From Phycicoccus sp. (lineage in GTDB: Bacteria; Actinomycetota; Actinomycetes; Actinomycetales; Dermatophilaceae), in the NCBI GenBank assembly GCA_035418665.1, contig DAOLRO010000001.1, positions 6,089 to 70,088 of the forward strand: DNA of 64,000 nt. Reading direction: 5' to 3'. This document shows positions 31,930 through 40,704 of this stretch, in pieces. Position numbers and translations under genes: made by a program. The notes under the pieces are model-generated. The model had not been told where the DNA came from, did no database searches, and was given only the letters and a program-made list of their open reading frames with translations. How positions within the stretch are numbered: position 1 is the first letter of the stretch; each line of letters begins with the position of its first letter.

Positions 31930-32636
31930 CACACGTGACCCAGATGCTCATCGTCCAGCATGAGGACGACGATCCGATCGGTCTGCTCGGTGAGCGCTTC
32001 GAGGAGTTGGGCGTGTCCCTCGACGTCCGCCGCGGCCACCGCGGTGAGACCATCCCCGAGGACCTCGACCCTTCACGTCACCAGGGACTCATCGTCCTCG
32101 GCGGATCCATGGGCGCCGATGACGACGCCGAACACGCATGGCTGACCCACACGAAGTCCCTGCTGCGATGGGCCGTCACCACGCAGGACGTCGCAGTCCT
32201 CGGGATCTGCCTGGGTCACCAGCTGCTCACGAGCGCCCTCGGTGGACGAGTGGGGCGCAACCCTGCCGGCCGGGCACTGGGGCTCTCCCCCGTAGGACTG
32301 CTGCCCTCCGGCGACGACGATCCGCTCCTCGCGGGCACCTCAGGAGCCCTCGCCCTCCAGTGGAACGACGACGTGGCGCTCGAGCTCCCCACTGCCGCAA
32401 CGGTCCTGGCGCGCTCACCGGACGGCGCTCCCCAAGCCGTGCGTTTCGGCTCGCGTGCGTGGGGGGTGCAATTCCACCCGGAGGTCGATGCGGCCACCTT
32501 CGCGAGTTGGAGCGAGGTCCCCGACGACAAGGCCAAGGCGGCGTATGCCGCGGAGCCGGCCCTCCGGCATACTTGGCGTCCGTTGGCGGACCGTTTCACC
32601 CGCCTGTGCGGGCCCTCCCCAGACCGTCGAAAGTAG
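31926..32636 (+). CDS. Type 1 glutamine amidotransferase
   Basis: LIVLGG, LGICLGHQLL, GVQFHPE triad. Confidence 0.9.
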   Translation: MTHVTQMLIVQHEDDDPIGLLGERFEELGVSLDVRRGHRGETIPEDLDPSRHQGLIVLGGSMGADDDAEHAWLTHTKSLLRWAVTTQDVAVLGICLGHQLLTSALGGRVGRNPAGRALGLSPVGLLPSGDDDPLLAGTSGALALQWNDDVALELPTAATVLARSPDGAPQAVRFGSRAWGVQFHPEVDAATFASWSEVPDDKAKAAYAAEPALRHTWRPLADRFTRLCGPSPDRRK

Positions 32637-32674
32637 TCTCCGACCCGCCCGGGATGCGCCAGCCGGTCCCGCGG

Positions 32675-34801
32675 CTACTGTCGACTGTCTCCGCGAAGAG
32701 CAGCCGCGAGACGAGGCGCGAGGGGCGCGCTCATGGCCTCCTCGAGCGACAACGGCGAACCGTCGGGCCCAGAGAGCGGCACGCACCAGTTGGGGTATTC
32801 GCGATTGGTACCCGGCTGGTTGACCGCACGCTTGTCCCCGACGAGGTCGGCCAGGGCATAGCCCAGCATCCGACTCGGGGACTGCGAGAGCCAGGCGTGC
32901 ATCGCCTCCGTCATGGCCGCATCGTCGCTCTCCGGGGCGAGCAGTCCACGGTGGACCAGTGCCTGACGCACGGTCTCGATGGAGTGCTGCTCCTGTGCCC
33001 GCTCCTCCTCCACCGAGCGGGTGAGCAGGCCGAGACGCTCACGCACGGCAACATGTTCCAACGACAGATAGCCAGCCGTGGGTGGCAGGTCGTGGGTCGT
33101 CACGCTGGAGAAGCACAGCGAGCGATAACGCTCCGGAGGCAGCGGCTGCCCATCGGCCCACTCGAACCACATGATGCTGGTGCCGAGCAGCCCTCTCTCC
33201 AAAAGGTATTCGCGGGTCGATGGCTCGACGACACCGAGGTCCTCACCGATGACGACGGCCCCGGCCCGTTGGGCCTCGAGCACGAGGATGCCGATGAGCG
33301 CCTCGTGGTCGTAGCGGACATAGGTGCCCTCCGCCGGCGTGCCACCCTCGGGGATCCACCACAGGCGGAAGAGTCCGATGATGTGATCGACCCGGATGCC
33401 TCCGGAGTCGCGCAGGACGGTCCTGACCATGTCCCGGAAGGGCGCATAGCCGAGCTCGGCCAAGCGATCGGGTCGCCATGGAGGCTGGCTCCAGTTCTGG
33501 CCCAGCTGATTGAACTGGTCCGGCGGGGCCCCGACGGTGACACCCGCAGCGAGCGCGTCGGCCAGACCCCAGGAGTCGGCACCCACGGGGTGCACCCCGA
33601 CGGCCAGATCATGGATGACCCCGAGCGACATCCCGGCGTCTCGTGCTCGGCGCTGCACCTCGGCCAGTTGGCGCTCGAGGTGCCACTGCAACCAGCAGTG
33701 GAAGTCGATCCGCTGGGCGTGTTCCTGTCGGAACGTCTCGATACCCGAGCTCGAGGGTGACGTGAGGTCGGCAGGCCAGTTCGTCGCCGGGAGACCCTCG
33801 ACATCCGCGATCGCGCACCACGTCGCGAAGTCGAGCAGACCCTGTCCCTCCCGCTCGCGGTAGGTGGCGAACTCCCCGACCCGCCGGCCCGTCAGGCCGG
33901 CCGCGTGGAGGATCTCCAGGGCTTCCCGCTTGAGCGACCAGGAGGCGTCGCGGTCGATGGTGTCCGAGTCGTTGAGGGAATGGGCACGCGACGCCAGCGC
34001 CTCGACCTCACGAGCAGCGCTCGGCTCCAGACCGATGACCTCGGGGATGTCCTCCACCCGCAGATAGAGGGGATTGACGAAGCGTCGCGTGGTCGGCAGA
34101 TAGGGCGAGGCCTCCATCGGCACGATCGGCTCGGCCGCGTGCAGGGGGTTGACGAGGACGAACTCCGCGCCGAGGCGCTCGGCCGACCAGGTCGCCAGCG
34201 CGGCGAGGTCGGACAGATCTCCCACGCCCCAACTGCGCGCTGACCGCACCTGGTAGAGCTGGGTCATCAGACCGGTGGCAGGGTCCTCACCAAGGGCAGT
34301 TGGCAGAGTGAGTCGCTGGGGCGTCACGATGAGGGTCGCGGTCGCCGATGGGGCCGCCTCGGACAGTGCGATGACCTGGTGCCAGCCGGTCGGCAGGTCT
34401 CCCGGCAGCTCAAAGGTGGCCACGCCCAGGACGACCCCGTCGACCTCACGTGGCTCCACCCATTGGTCGACCTGGGCCGTCTCCCGACGAGACCCGTCCT
34501 CGAGTTCGACCTCGAGGCGTACAGCTGAGCCATGCGGCACGCAGACCTGCACCCATGGGGTCCAACCCTCCCGGGTGACGACGGTCGGCGGCAGGGTGCG
34601 ACGCCAGGGCGACAACTCGAGGTCTCGGAGCGCGGCCGCGGCCGATTCGTCGGTGTTGCCATCGATCCCGAGGGCTGCGAGGACGGCCCTGATGCTCTCC
34701 GCCGAGACGACGGTGTGCTGGCCCTGCCAGTCCCAGAAGTCGGTGGCGATGCCCTTGGCTCGGGCCAATTCGGTCAGGACGGACGAGGGCTCCGAAGACA
34801 T
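32675..34801 (-). CDS. malQ: 4-alpha-glucanotransferase (GH77)
   Basis: NPLHA..SPY, HDLAVG, GAPPD, RVDHIIGLFR, GEDLG, TTHDLP, NQPGT. Confidence 0.95.
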   Translation of the reverse strand: MSSEPSSVLTELARAKGIATDFWDWQGQHTVVSAESIRAVLAALGIDGNTDESAAAALRDLELSPWRRTLPPTVVTREGWTPWVQVCVPHGSAVRLEVELEDGSRRETAQVDQWVEPREVDGVVLGVATFELPGDLPTGWHQVIALSEAAPSATATLIVTPQRLTLPTALGEDPATGLMTQLYQVRSARSWGVGDLSDLAALATWSAERLGAEFVLVNPLHAAEPIVPMEASPYLPTTRRFVNPLYLRVEDIPEVIGLEPSAAREVEALASRAHSLNDSDTIDRDASWSLKREALEILHAAGLTGRRVGEFATYREREGQGLLDFATWCAIADVEGLPATNWPADLTSPSSSGIETFRQEHAQRIDFHCWLQWHLERQLAEVQRRARDAGMSLGVIHDLAVGVHPVGADSWGLADALAAGVTVGAPPDQFNQLGQNWSQPPWRPDRLAELGYAPFRDMVRTVLRDSGGIRVDHIIGLFRLWWIPEGGTPAEGTYVRYDHEALIGILVLEAQRAGAVVIGEDLGVVEPSTREYLLERGLLGTSIMWFEWADGQPLPPERYRSLCFSSVTTHDLPPTAGYLSLEHVAVRERLGLLTRSVEEERAQEQHSIETVRQALVHRGLLAPESDDAAMTEAMHAWLSQSPSRMLGYALADLVGDKRAVNQPGTNREYPNWCVPLSGPDGSPLSLEEAMSAPLAPRLAAALRGDSRQ

Positions 34802-34838
34802 GGCGACCATCCTGCCAAACCTTCGGGCCGCCTCCCCA

Positions 34839-34896
34839 CAAAGCCAAGGCGAGGTATGCCGGGAGTCGACTCCCGGCATACCTCGCCTTTGCTTTG
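34839..34896. terminator. Perfect 44-bp palindrome (34846-34889) made of two inverted GTATGCCG motifs, downstream of the peroxiredoxin gene
   Basis: AAGGCGAGGTATGCCGGGAGTC|GACTCCCGGCATACCTCGCCTT, extendable with one mismatch. Confidence 0.8.
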
Positions 34897-34904
34897 CTGC
34901 CGGC

Positions 34905-35534
34905 TCAGCCGCGGACGCGGGCCGTCCGCAGGTAGGGCTTGATCTCCTCGACGTCGTCGAAGGCCTCGCGTGCGTCGTCGGTGGAGACGGTCGGGGGCAC
35001 GATGATCTTGTCGCCGACCTGCCAGTCGACCGGGGTCGCGCAGGCGCCCTTGTCGGCCTGCTGGAGGGCGTCGACGCAGCGGATGATCTCGTCGAAGTTG
35101 CGGCCCGTGGACTTGGGGTAGGTCATGGTCAGGCGGACCGTCTTGGCCGGGTCGATGACGAAGACGCTGCGCACCGAAGAGCTGTCGCCCTGACCCGGGT
35201 GGATCATGTCGTAGAGCTCGGCGACGCGCTTGTCGCCGTCGGCGATGATCGGGTAGTCCACGCTCGCTCCGGCGAACTCCTCGATGTCGGGCTTCCAGCC
35301 GTTGTGGTCATCGACCGAGTCGACGGACAGAGCGATGGGCTTGACGCCGCGGTCGGCCCACTTGTCGGCGAGTTGTGCCACCCGCCCGAGCTCAGTGGTG
35401 CAGACCGGCGTGAAGTCGGCCGGGTGGCTGAAGAAGACGACCCAGTTGTCGCCGGCCCAGTCATGGAAGTCGATCTGGCCCGCGGTGGAGTCAGCGGAGA
35501 AGTTGGGGGCCTTGTCGCCCAGGTGCAGAGCCAT
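34905..35534 (-). CDS. 1-Cys peroxiredoxin (Prx6)
   Basis: FSHPADFTPVCTTELG, GRNFDEIIR, TPVDW. Confidence 0.93.
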   Translation of the reverse strand: MALHLGDKAPNFSADSTAGQIDFHDWAGDNWVVFFSHPADFTPVCTTELGRVAQLADKWADRGVKPIALSVDSVDDHNGWKPDIEEFAGASVDYPIIADGDKRVAELYDMIHPGQGDSSSVRSVFVIDPAKTVRLTMTYPKSTGRNFDEIIRCVDALQQADKGACATPVDWQVGDKIIVPPTVSTDDAREAFDDVEEIKPYLRTARVRG

Positions 35535-35737
35535 GGTGGCCTTTCGATCGCAGTGGGTCTCGTGAGTGCGCCGTGCCGGCCTCGATGACGACGACAACGA
35601 ACCGCGAGGTATGCCGTGGCCACCTTCGCAGATGAGTCGCCTCGCGTCGCGGGCGCGTCCACCATGTGTCTGCGCGATCTGGATGACGGAGTGGCACGCA
35701 CGGCGCCAGCCGGGCTGAACTCTGATAGAAGTGCGCC

Positions 35738-36547
35738 ATGACTGCACAGACCTCCCAGCGCTCGGTCCTCATCTCGGGAGCGGGCTCGGGCATCGGGCGG
35801 GCCACCGCGCTGACCTTTGCTCGGCGGGGTTGGCTTGTCGGCGCCTTCGACATCGACCCCGGAGCGCTCGAGAGCCTGACTGCAGAGGTCGAGGCGCAGG
35901 GGACAGGGCACGTGGTCACCGGAGTGCTGGACGTGCGTGAGGCGGGGCAGTGGGAGGCAGCGCTGGAGACGTTCGCTGCGGCGAGCGGGGGTCGGCTGGA
36001 CGTCCTGGTCAACAACGCCGGGATCCTGCAGTCGGGCCGCTTCGCCGAGATCGGCCTCGCGGCCCAGCAACGGACCGTCGAGGTCAACGTGATCGGCGTC
36101 CTCAACGGCTGCCACACGGCATACCCGTTGTTGCGGGCGACGCCCGGGAGCCATGTCGTCAACCTGTGCTCGGCCTCGGCCATCTACGGGCAGCCGGACC
36201 TGGCCACGTATTCGGCGACGAAGTTCGCCGTGCGTGGACTGTCCGAGGCGCTGGACCTCGAGTGGGAGAAGGAGGGCATCTCGGTGACCGCGATCTGGCC
36301 GCTCTTCGTCAACACGGCCATGGTCGACGGGATGGACGTCGGGTCCCAGCGCAAACTGGGCGTCAACCTCGTGGCCGAGGACGTGGCCGATGTCATCCTT
36401 GAGGCGGTGACCCCGCCCAGCGCCCGGGTGCACCTGCCACACCGTGTCCACCGGGCCGTGGGCACTCAGGCCAAGGCGCTCCTCGCGTCCTCGGCTGTGG
36501 GGCCGGCGTGGCTCAACCGCTTGGTGAACCGGCGTCTCGCGAACTGA
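35738..36547 (+). CDS. Short-chain dehydrogenase/reductase
   Basis: SGAGSGIG, NNAG, YSATK. Confidence 0.92.
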   Translation: MTAQTSQRSVLISGAGSGIGRATALTFARRGWLVGAFDIDPGALESLTAEVEAQGTGHVVTGVLDVREAGQWEAALETFAAASGGRLDVLVNNAGILQSGRFAEIGLAAQQRTVEVNVIGVLNGCHTAYPLLRATPGSHVVNLCSASAIYGQPDLATYSATKFAVRGLSEALDLEWEKEGISVTAIWPLFVNTAMVDGMDVGSQRKLGVNLVAEDVADVILEAVTPPSARVHLPHRVHRAVGTQAKALLASSAVGPAWLNRLVNRRLAN

Positions 36548-37046
36548 CCTTCGCCGGATGGGACCTTCGCCGGAGGCGGGAGATGATCGCCCAGATCAGA
36601 ACCACGAGTGCGAAGGCAAGCAGGGCGAACTTGATCGTCGCTATGAGTGAGGCGACCGGGACGATCAGCACGGACGTCGAGTCGTGGAGACCCCGCAAGA
36701 GGGCGATGTTCTCGACCACGTCGCAGGCGCCCGCCACGGGTACGGCCATCAAGGCGAGTCGGGCTGCACCCGCCAGCTTGAGTGAAGCCCAGATGGTGAC
36801 CACATAGGACGGTATCCAGAGGAAGTCCCACCAGATCTGTTCCTGAGCAGCGCGCACACCGGCGGAGCCCCAGGCAGTCGTGATCCCTTCGAATCTCGCT
36901 GAGGTCCAGGCGAATTCGAGGTCAAGGATTCCGTGTCCACCCGCGCGAAGGATCGTTTCGAGGGGACCCAGCCACACGGCATACACGGCATAGGTGGCGA
37001 CCATCCCGATCGCCCAAAGGAGCCAGAGACGTCCGCGAGAGTTCAC
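36513..37046 (-). CDS. Hypothetical membrane protein
   Basis: About 4 TMs; ILDLEFAW and CDVVENIALL motifs. Confidence 0.65.
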   Translation of the reverse strand: MNSRGRLWLLWAIGMVATYAVYAVWLGPLETILRAGGHGILDLEFAWTSARFEGITTAWGSAGVRAAQEQIWWDFLWIPSYVVTIWASLKLAGAARLALMAVPVAGACDVVENIALLRGLHDSTSVLIVPVASLIATIKFALLAFALVVLIWAIISRLRRRSHPAKVSSRDAGSPSG

Positions 37047-37097
37047 TGGCGCACTCTAAGGGCGAGAGGACGGCTCCAGCCGAACTGCGCCCGGTGA

Positions 37098-37655
37098 TCA
37101 GGCGCGCAGCGGCGCCAGTGCCCGGCCGGTCTCAATCACCTGGTTGACGACGTTCTGGAATTCCTTGGCGCGGCGCTCCTGCGGCGTGAAGTCCCCGTCG
37201 GTGAAGTCCGAGAAGGTCGACAGCGACACCTGAGCACGCACAGCCATGAGGCGGGCGTTGGCCGTGATGACGCGCCACTGCTCAACCGAGCGCACTCCCC
37301 CGTCGGCGCCGTAGGCGACGAAGCCGACCGCCTTGTGCGACCACTCGGGGTAGAGGACGTCGAAGGCGTTCTTCATCGCGGCCGGGACACCGTGGTTGTA
37401 TTCGGGCGTCACCCAGAGGAAGGAGTCGAGCGCGTCGATGGCCTTGCTCCACTCCCGCGTCTGGGGCACCTCGTACTTCCGGTTGGCCGACCCGGGGACG
37501 GTGGGTTCGCAGAGCAGCGGCAGGTCGAAGGACTTGAGGTCCACGAGCTCGAAGGTCGCGTCATCCCGGTCCTTGACCTGATCCATGACCCACTCGGCGA
37601 CGCTCTCGCCGACCCGGCCGGGACGGGTGCTGCAGATGATGATGCCGATCTTCAT
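37098..37655 (-). CDS. NADPH-dependent FMN reductase
   Basis: STRPGRVG, VTPEYNHGVPAAMKNAFD. Confidence 0.92.
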   Translation of the reverse strand: MKIGIIICSTRPGRVGESVAEWVMDQVKDRDDATFELVDLKSFDLPLLCEPTVPGSANRKYEVPQTREWSKAIDALDSFLWVTPEYNHGVPAAMKNAFDVLYPEWSHKAVGFVAYGADGGVRSVEQWRVITANARLMAVRAQVSLSTFSDFTDGDFTPQERRAKEFQNVVNQVIETGRALAPLRA

Positions 37656-37782
37656 GTGAGCTCTCCTCGGGTGGGTGGGACGCTGGGTCAGTCCGCGTAT
37701 GCCGTGACACACCTTCACCACTCAGCCTGCCACGCACGCGGCCGGGATGGGACAGCGACCACACGGCGTCCGCCGGCGCGCA

Positions 37783-38337
37783 TCAGCGCGCACCCACCCC
37801 GATCGGGGCGGTGGCAGCCTTGCGGGGCCAGATCGTGTAGCTCACGGCCCAGAGCAGATCGATCATGAGGATGAAGCTGGCCCATTGGTAGGTGGAGGCG
37901 AGCGCTTCCGTGCGGTCCGGCTCGCCGACCCAGGCGATGAGGAGCCAGGTCATGGCGCAGGCGGTGGCCGCGGCGAGTGCCGTGCGTGCGACATCTGCCC
38001 AACAGAGGCGCATGTAGGCCGTGCCGTGGAGCTTCGCGGGCGCCGGTCCACCGGCGAAGCGGTGGGCGAAGCGGATGTCGGCCCAGCGGATCAGACGATG
38101 CCCGTAGGCGATCGAGAAGCCGAGGTAGAGAGCGGCCAGGCTGTGGGCGAACGTGGCCGTTGCTCCCGAGCGCAGGTTGAGCGCCACGGCGAGGAGCAGG
38201 ATGAGGTCGACGAGTGGGACGAGCGCCAACATGACCAGGCCCGCACGCGGCCTGCGCAGCGGATAGCGAAGAGCAAGCCCGAGGAGGATGACAACCCAGA
38301 AGGCGATCTCACACGTAACGATGATGGTCAGGATCAT
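37783..38337 (-). CDS. YmcC-like membrane protein
   Basis: IVTCEIAFWV, PLVDLILL, AHSLAALYLGFSIAYG; divergent from a TetR gene. Confidence 0.75.
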   Translation of the reverse strand: MILTIIVTCEIAFWVVILLGLALRYPLRRPRAGLVMLALVPLVDLILLLAVALNLRSGATATFAHSLAALYLGFSIAYGHRLIRWADIRFAHRFAGGPAPAKLHGTAYMRLCWADVARTALAAATACAMTWLLIAWVGEPDRTEALASTYQWASFILMIDLLWAVSYTIWPRKAATAPIGVGAR

Positions 38338-38354
38338 GAGTTCCTCTTTGTTGA

Positions 38355-38390
38355 TACGAGTGTGCTCACACACAAGTTAACACAGTCGTA
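38355..38390. promoter_or_regulatory. Candidate TetR operator
   Basis: TACGAGTGTG (38355-38364) and CACAGTCGTA (38381-38390), inverted with 1 mismatch, in the divergent intergenic region. Confidence 0.4.
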
Positions 38391-38404
38391 CTACGATGGG
38401 TTCC

Positions 38405-38980
38405 ATGCCGAAGCTGATCGATCACGAACGCAGAGCCACGGACATCACCGAGGCGGCGTGGCGTGTCCTCGTGCGGGACGGGGCCAAGGCAGTGTCGGTG
38501 CGCAATGTCGCCGCTGAAGCAGGACTGGCGACGGCCTCCTTGAGGCGCGCCTTCCCCACCCAGGATGCACTTCTTGCAGGCTGTCTCGAGCTGCTGGGCG
38601 AGCGTGCTCGACGGCGGATCGGCGCGCTGCCGCACAAGCGCGGGACGCAGGCCTGGGCCCTGGCCGCACTGGCCGAGACGATGCCCTTGGACGATGCACG
38701 GCGGGTCGAGATGGAGGTCTATCTCACTCTTGGGACGGCCGCTCTGACCGACCCGGTGCTTCGCACGGCCCATGCCCGGATCGACGGTGGGCTCAAAGGT
38801 CTGTGCACCGCCGTCGTGGATTCCCTGCTGCCGACCACTCGTCGCCGACAGCGCGCGCGAGAGGTCCGGCATCTGCATGCGCTGCTCGACGGACTTGCCC
38901 TGCATGTGCTGCTGGGCATGGACGCGCGAGAGGCCTTGGGGGTGCTCAAGGCTCACCTCGAGTCGCTACGCAGAGTCTGA
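38405..38980 (+). CDS. TetR family regulator (PksA/BetI-like)
   Basis: MPKLIDHERR, SVRNVAAEAGL HTH, LHALLDGLALH. Confidence 0.88.
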   Translation: MPKLIDHERRATDITEAAWRVLVRDGAKAVSVRNVAAEAGLATASLRRAFPTQDALLAGCLELLGERARRRIGALPHKRGTQAWALAALAETMPLDDARRVEMEVYLTLGTAALTDPVLRTAHARIDGGLKGLCTAVVDSLLPTTRRRQRAREVRHLHALLDGLALHVLLGMDAREALGVLKAHLESLRRV

Positions 38981-39029
38981 CCGCCAATTGGATTGCCTCC
39001 CAAGGACTCCGAGTGACAGCATCGATGAC

Positions 39030-39248
39030 ATGGGGACACCGAGTGGATTCGACTGGAGGGAGCGCACGGACGGCTCGGTCGTCATCACCCACCACGGCTC
39101 CACCGCCACCGTCCTGCGTGGCTCACGGGCGCGCGACTTCTTGGAGGAGGTGGGCGAGGGCGATGGTCAGGAACTCATGGCGCGGCTGACGGGCAACTAC
39201 AAGCGCGGCAACGAGCGGCTCGCCCGCCAACACCCACGCAACCGCTGA
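39030..39248 (+). CDS. Small hypothetical protein (72 aa)
   Basis: Compact ORF ending QELMARLTGNYKRGNER; fills the intergenic gap with typical codon use. Confidence 0.7.
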   Translation: MGTPSGFDWRERTDGSVVITHHGSTATVLRGSRARDFLEEVGEGDGQELMARLTGNYKRGNERLARQHPRNR

Positions 39249-39276
39249 CCCGAGCAGGGGCCAACCCAGGCTCGGC

Positions 39277-40269
39277 TCAGTGCCGAGCCGTGGTCCGCGT
39301 CACCGTGAATCGAGGGTTCTGGGCGATCACCGTGGTGCGGCCGAGTCGGGTGTCGAGTTCATGACGCCACGGCAGGTGCGAGTTGAAGACGCACCACAGC
39401 TGGCCACCTGGCCGCAACACCCTGCGCGCGTCGCCGAACATCGAGAGGGTGTCGGCCGACTCCTTGGCAAACCCTTGGTGGAAGGGCGGATTCGTGACAA
39501 TGGCGTCAAAGGATGCATCTGGATAGTCCGAGAGCCCACTCCCCCACGTCGCGTCCACGGCGAGTGAGTTGGCCAGCGCTGTCGCCTTCGTGGCGGACAC
39601 CGCTGCCCACGACACATCACGGGCGGACACCCGGTGGCCGGCCCGGGCGAGCACCGCAGCGATCACGCCGTTGCCCGACCCGAAGTCCAGGACGTCAACG
39701 ACATCGCCGCCGGCGACACCCTCGACCTGAAGCACCTCGAGAAACAGGCGGGTGCCATGATCCAGTTTGGTGCCACCGAAGGTCGCACCGTGGGCGGCAA
39801 TCACGAGGTCAAGCCGCTCGTCTCGACGTCGGCGAGGCCACTGGCTCGCCCGGCCCAGAGGACCCGACGCGCAGAGCACCCTGGACTTCTGGCGACTCAG
39901 ACTGGCGACGACGGTGCTGAAGTGATCGGCGAGGGTCGCGTTCATCGAGCGGTTGAGGTGCTTGATCCGGGCACCGCCGAGATAGGCGACCTCTGGCGCA
40001 CCCTGGACGCTCGCGGCCTGCTCCTCGAGAGCCGCCAGCGACTTGGGCAGCCGCGCCAGGACGAGATCCACGCCCGCGAGTTCGTGCGGCAGCGCTCGCA
40101 GGCCGGGGTCGACCCGTTGGGCATCGCGCCAGTCGTCGCACCACACCCGGACGTCGTCGGTCAGGGTGAGAGCACGCTCGACGAGGGCGGGTGCATCGAT
40201 GATCGCGATCGCGGCTGCGCTGGTGGGCGTCTCGCTCCAGATCAGCTCATCCACTGGGTCGGCCTGCAC
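39277..40269 (-). CDS. RsmC/RlmG-like (MTS) methyltransferase
   Basis: LPKSL, KLDHGTRL, LDFGSGNG, TNPPFHQG. Confidence 0.88.
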   Translation of the reverse strand: MQADPVDELIWSETPTSAAAIAIIDAPALVERALTLTDDVRVWCDDWRDAQRVDPGLRALPHELAGVDLVLARLPKSLAALEEQAASVQGAPEVAYLGGARIKHLNRSMNATLADHFSTVVASLSRQKSRVLCASGPLGRASQWPRRRRDERLDLVIAAHGATFGGTKLDHGTRLFLEVLQVEGVAGGDVVDVLDFGSGNGVIAAVLARAGHRVSARDVSWAAVSATKATALANSLAVDATWGSGLSDYPDASFDAIVTNPPFHQGFAKESADTLSMFGDARRVLRPGGQLWCVFNSHLPWRHELDTRLGRTTVIAQNPRFTVTRTTARH

Positions 40270-40311
40270 GGGAGCGAGGCTACGTCACTGGCTCGAGGGT
40301 CGAGCTCGCGC

Positions 40312-40352
40312 ATAGTTCAGCGAATGCTGTATGGTCAGCAGATGCTGACCAT
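40312..40352 (+). promoter_or_regulatory. ArsR/CmtR operator overlapping the start codon
   Basis: ATGGTCAGCA-ga-TGCTGACCAT perfect repeat at 40331-40352, plus a degenerate copy TTCAGC-gaat-GCTGTA upstream. Confidence 0.7.
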
Positions 40353-40704
40353 ATCGTCACGGATCGATGCCATGTCGAGGATCGGACGCGCCATGGCCGA
40401 CCCGACCCGATCCCGGATTCTGCTGGCAATCCTCGACAAGCCGGGATATCCGGCCGAGCTCGCCAAGGAACTCGGGCTGACCCGGACGAACGTGTCGAAC
40501 CACCTGACCTGTCTGCGTGGTTGCGGGATCGTCGTTGCGGAGCCCGAGGGTCGCCAGACCCGCTACGAGATCTCTGACCCGCACCTCGCCTTGGCTCTGA
40601 CGGCACTGGTCGACCTCACCCTTGCCGTCGACGAGAGCGTGCCCTGTATCGACCCGGAGTGTCCGGTGCCCGGCTGCTGCGACACCCGGGGTGGTGCGCA
40701 ATGA
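40342..40704 (+). CDS. cmtR: Cd/Pb-sensing ArsR family repressor (CmtR-like)
   Basis: GRAMADPTRSRILL, NVSNHLTCLRGCG, Cys-rich C-terminus. Confidence 0.88.
   Translation: MLTISSRIDAMSRIGRAMADPTRSRILLAILDKPGYPAELAKELGLTRTNVSNHLTCLRGCGIVVAEPEGRQTRYEISDPHLALALTALVDLTLAVDESVPCIDPECPVPGCCDTRGGAQ

Noticed and set aside
35535-35737. Possible Cys-responsive leader peptide or riboswitch upstream of the peroxiredoxin
   Set aside because: One frame gives SRRHMVD, but it lacks the rest of the usual RRHVDL..SA.C pattern and a clean start and stop. No riboswitch consensus was recognised.
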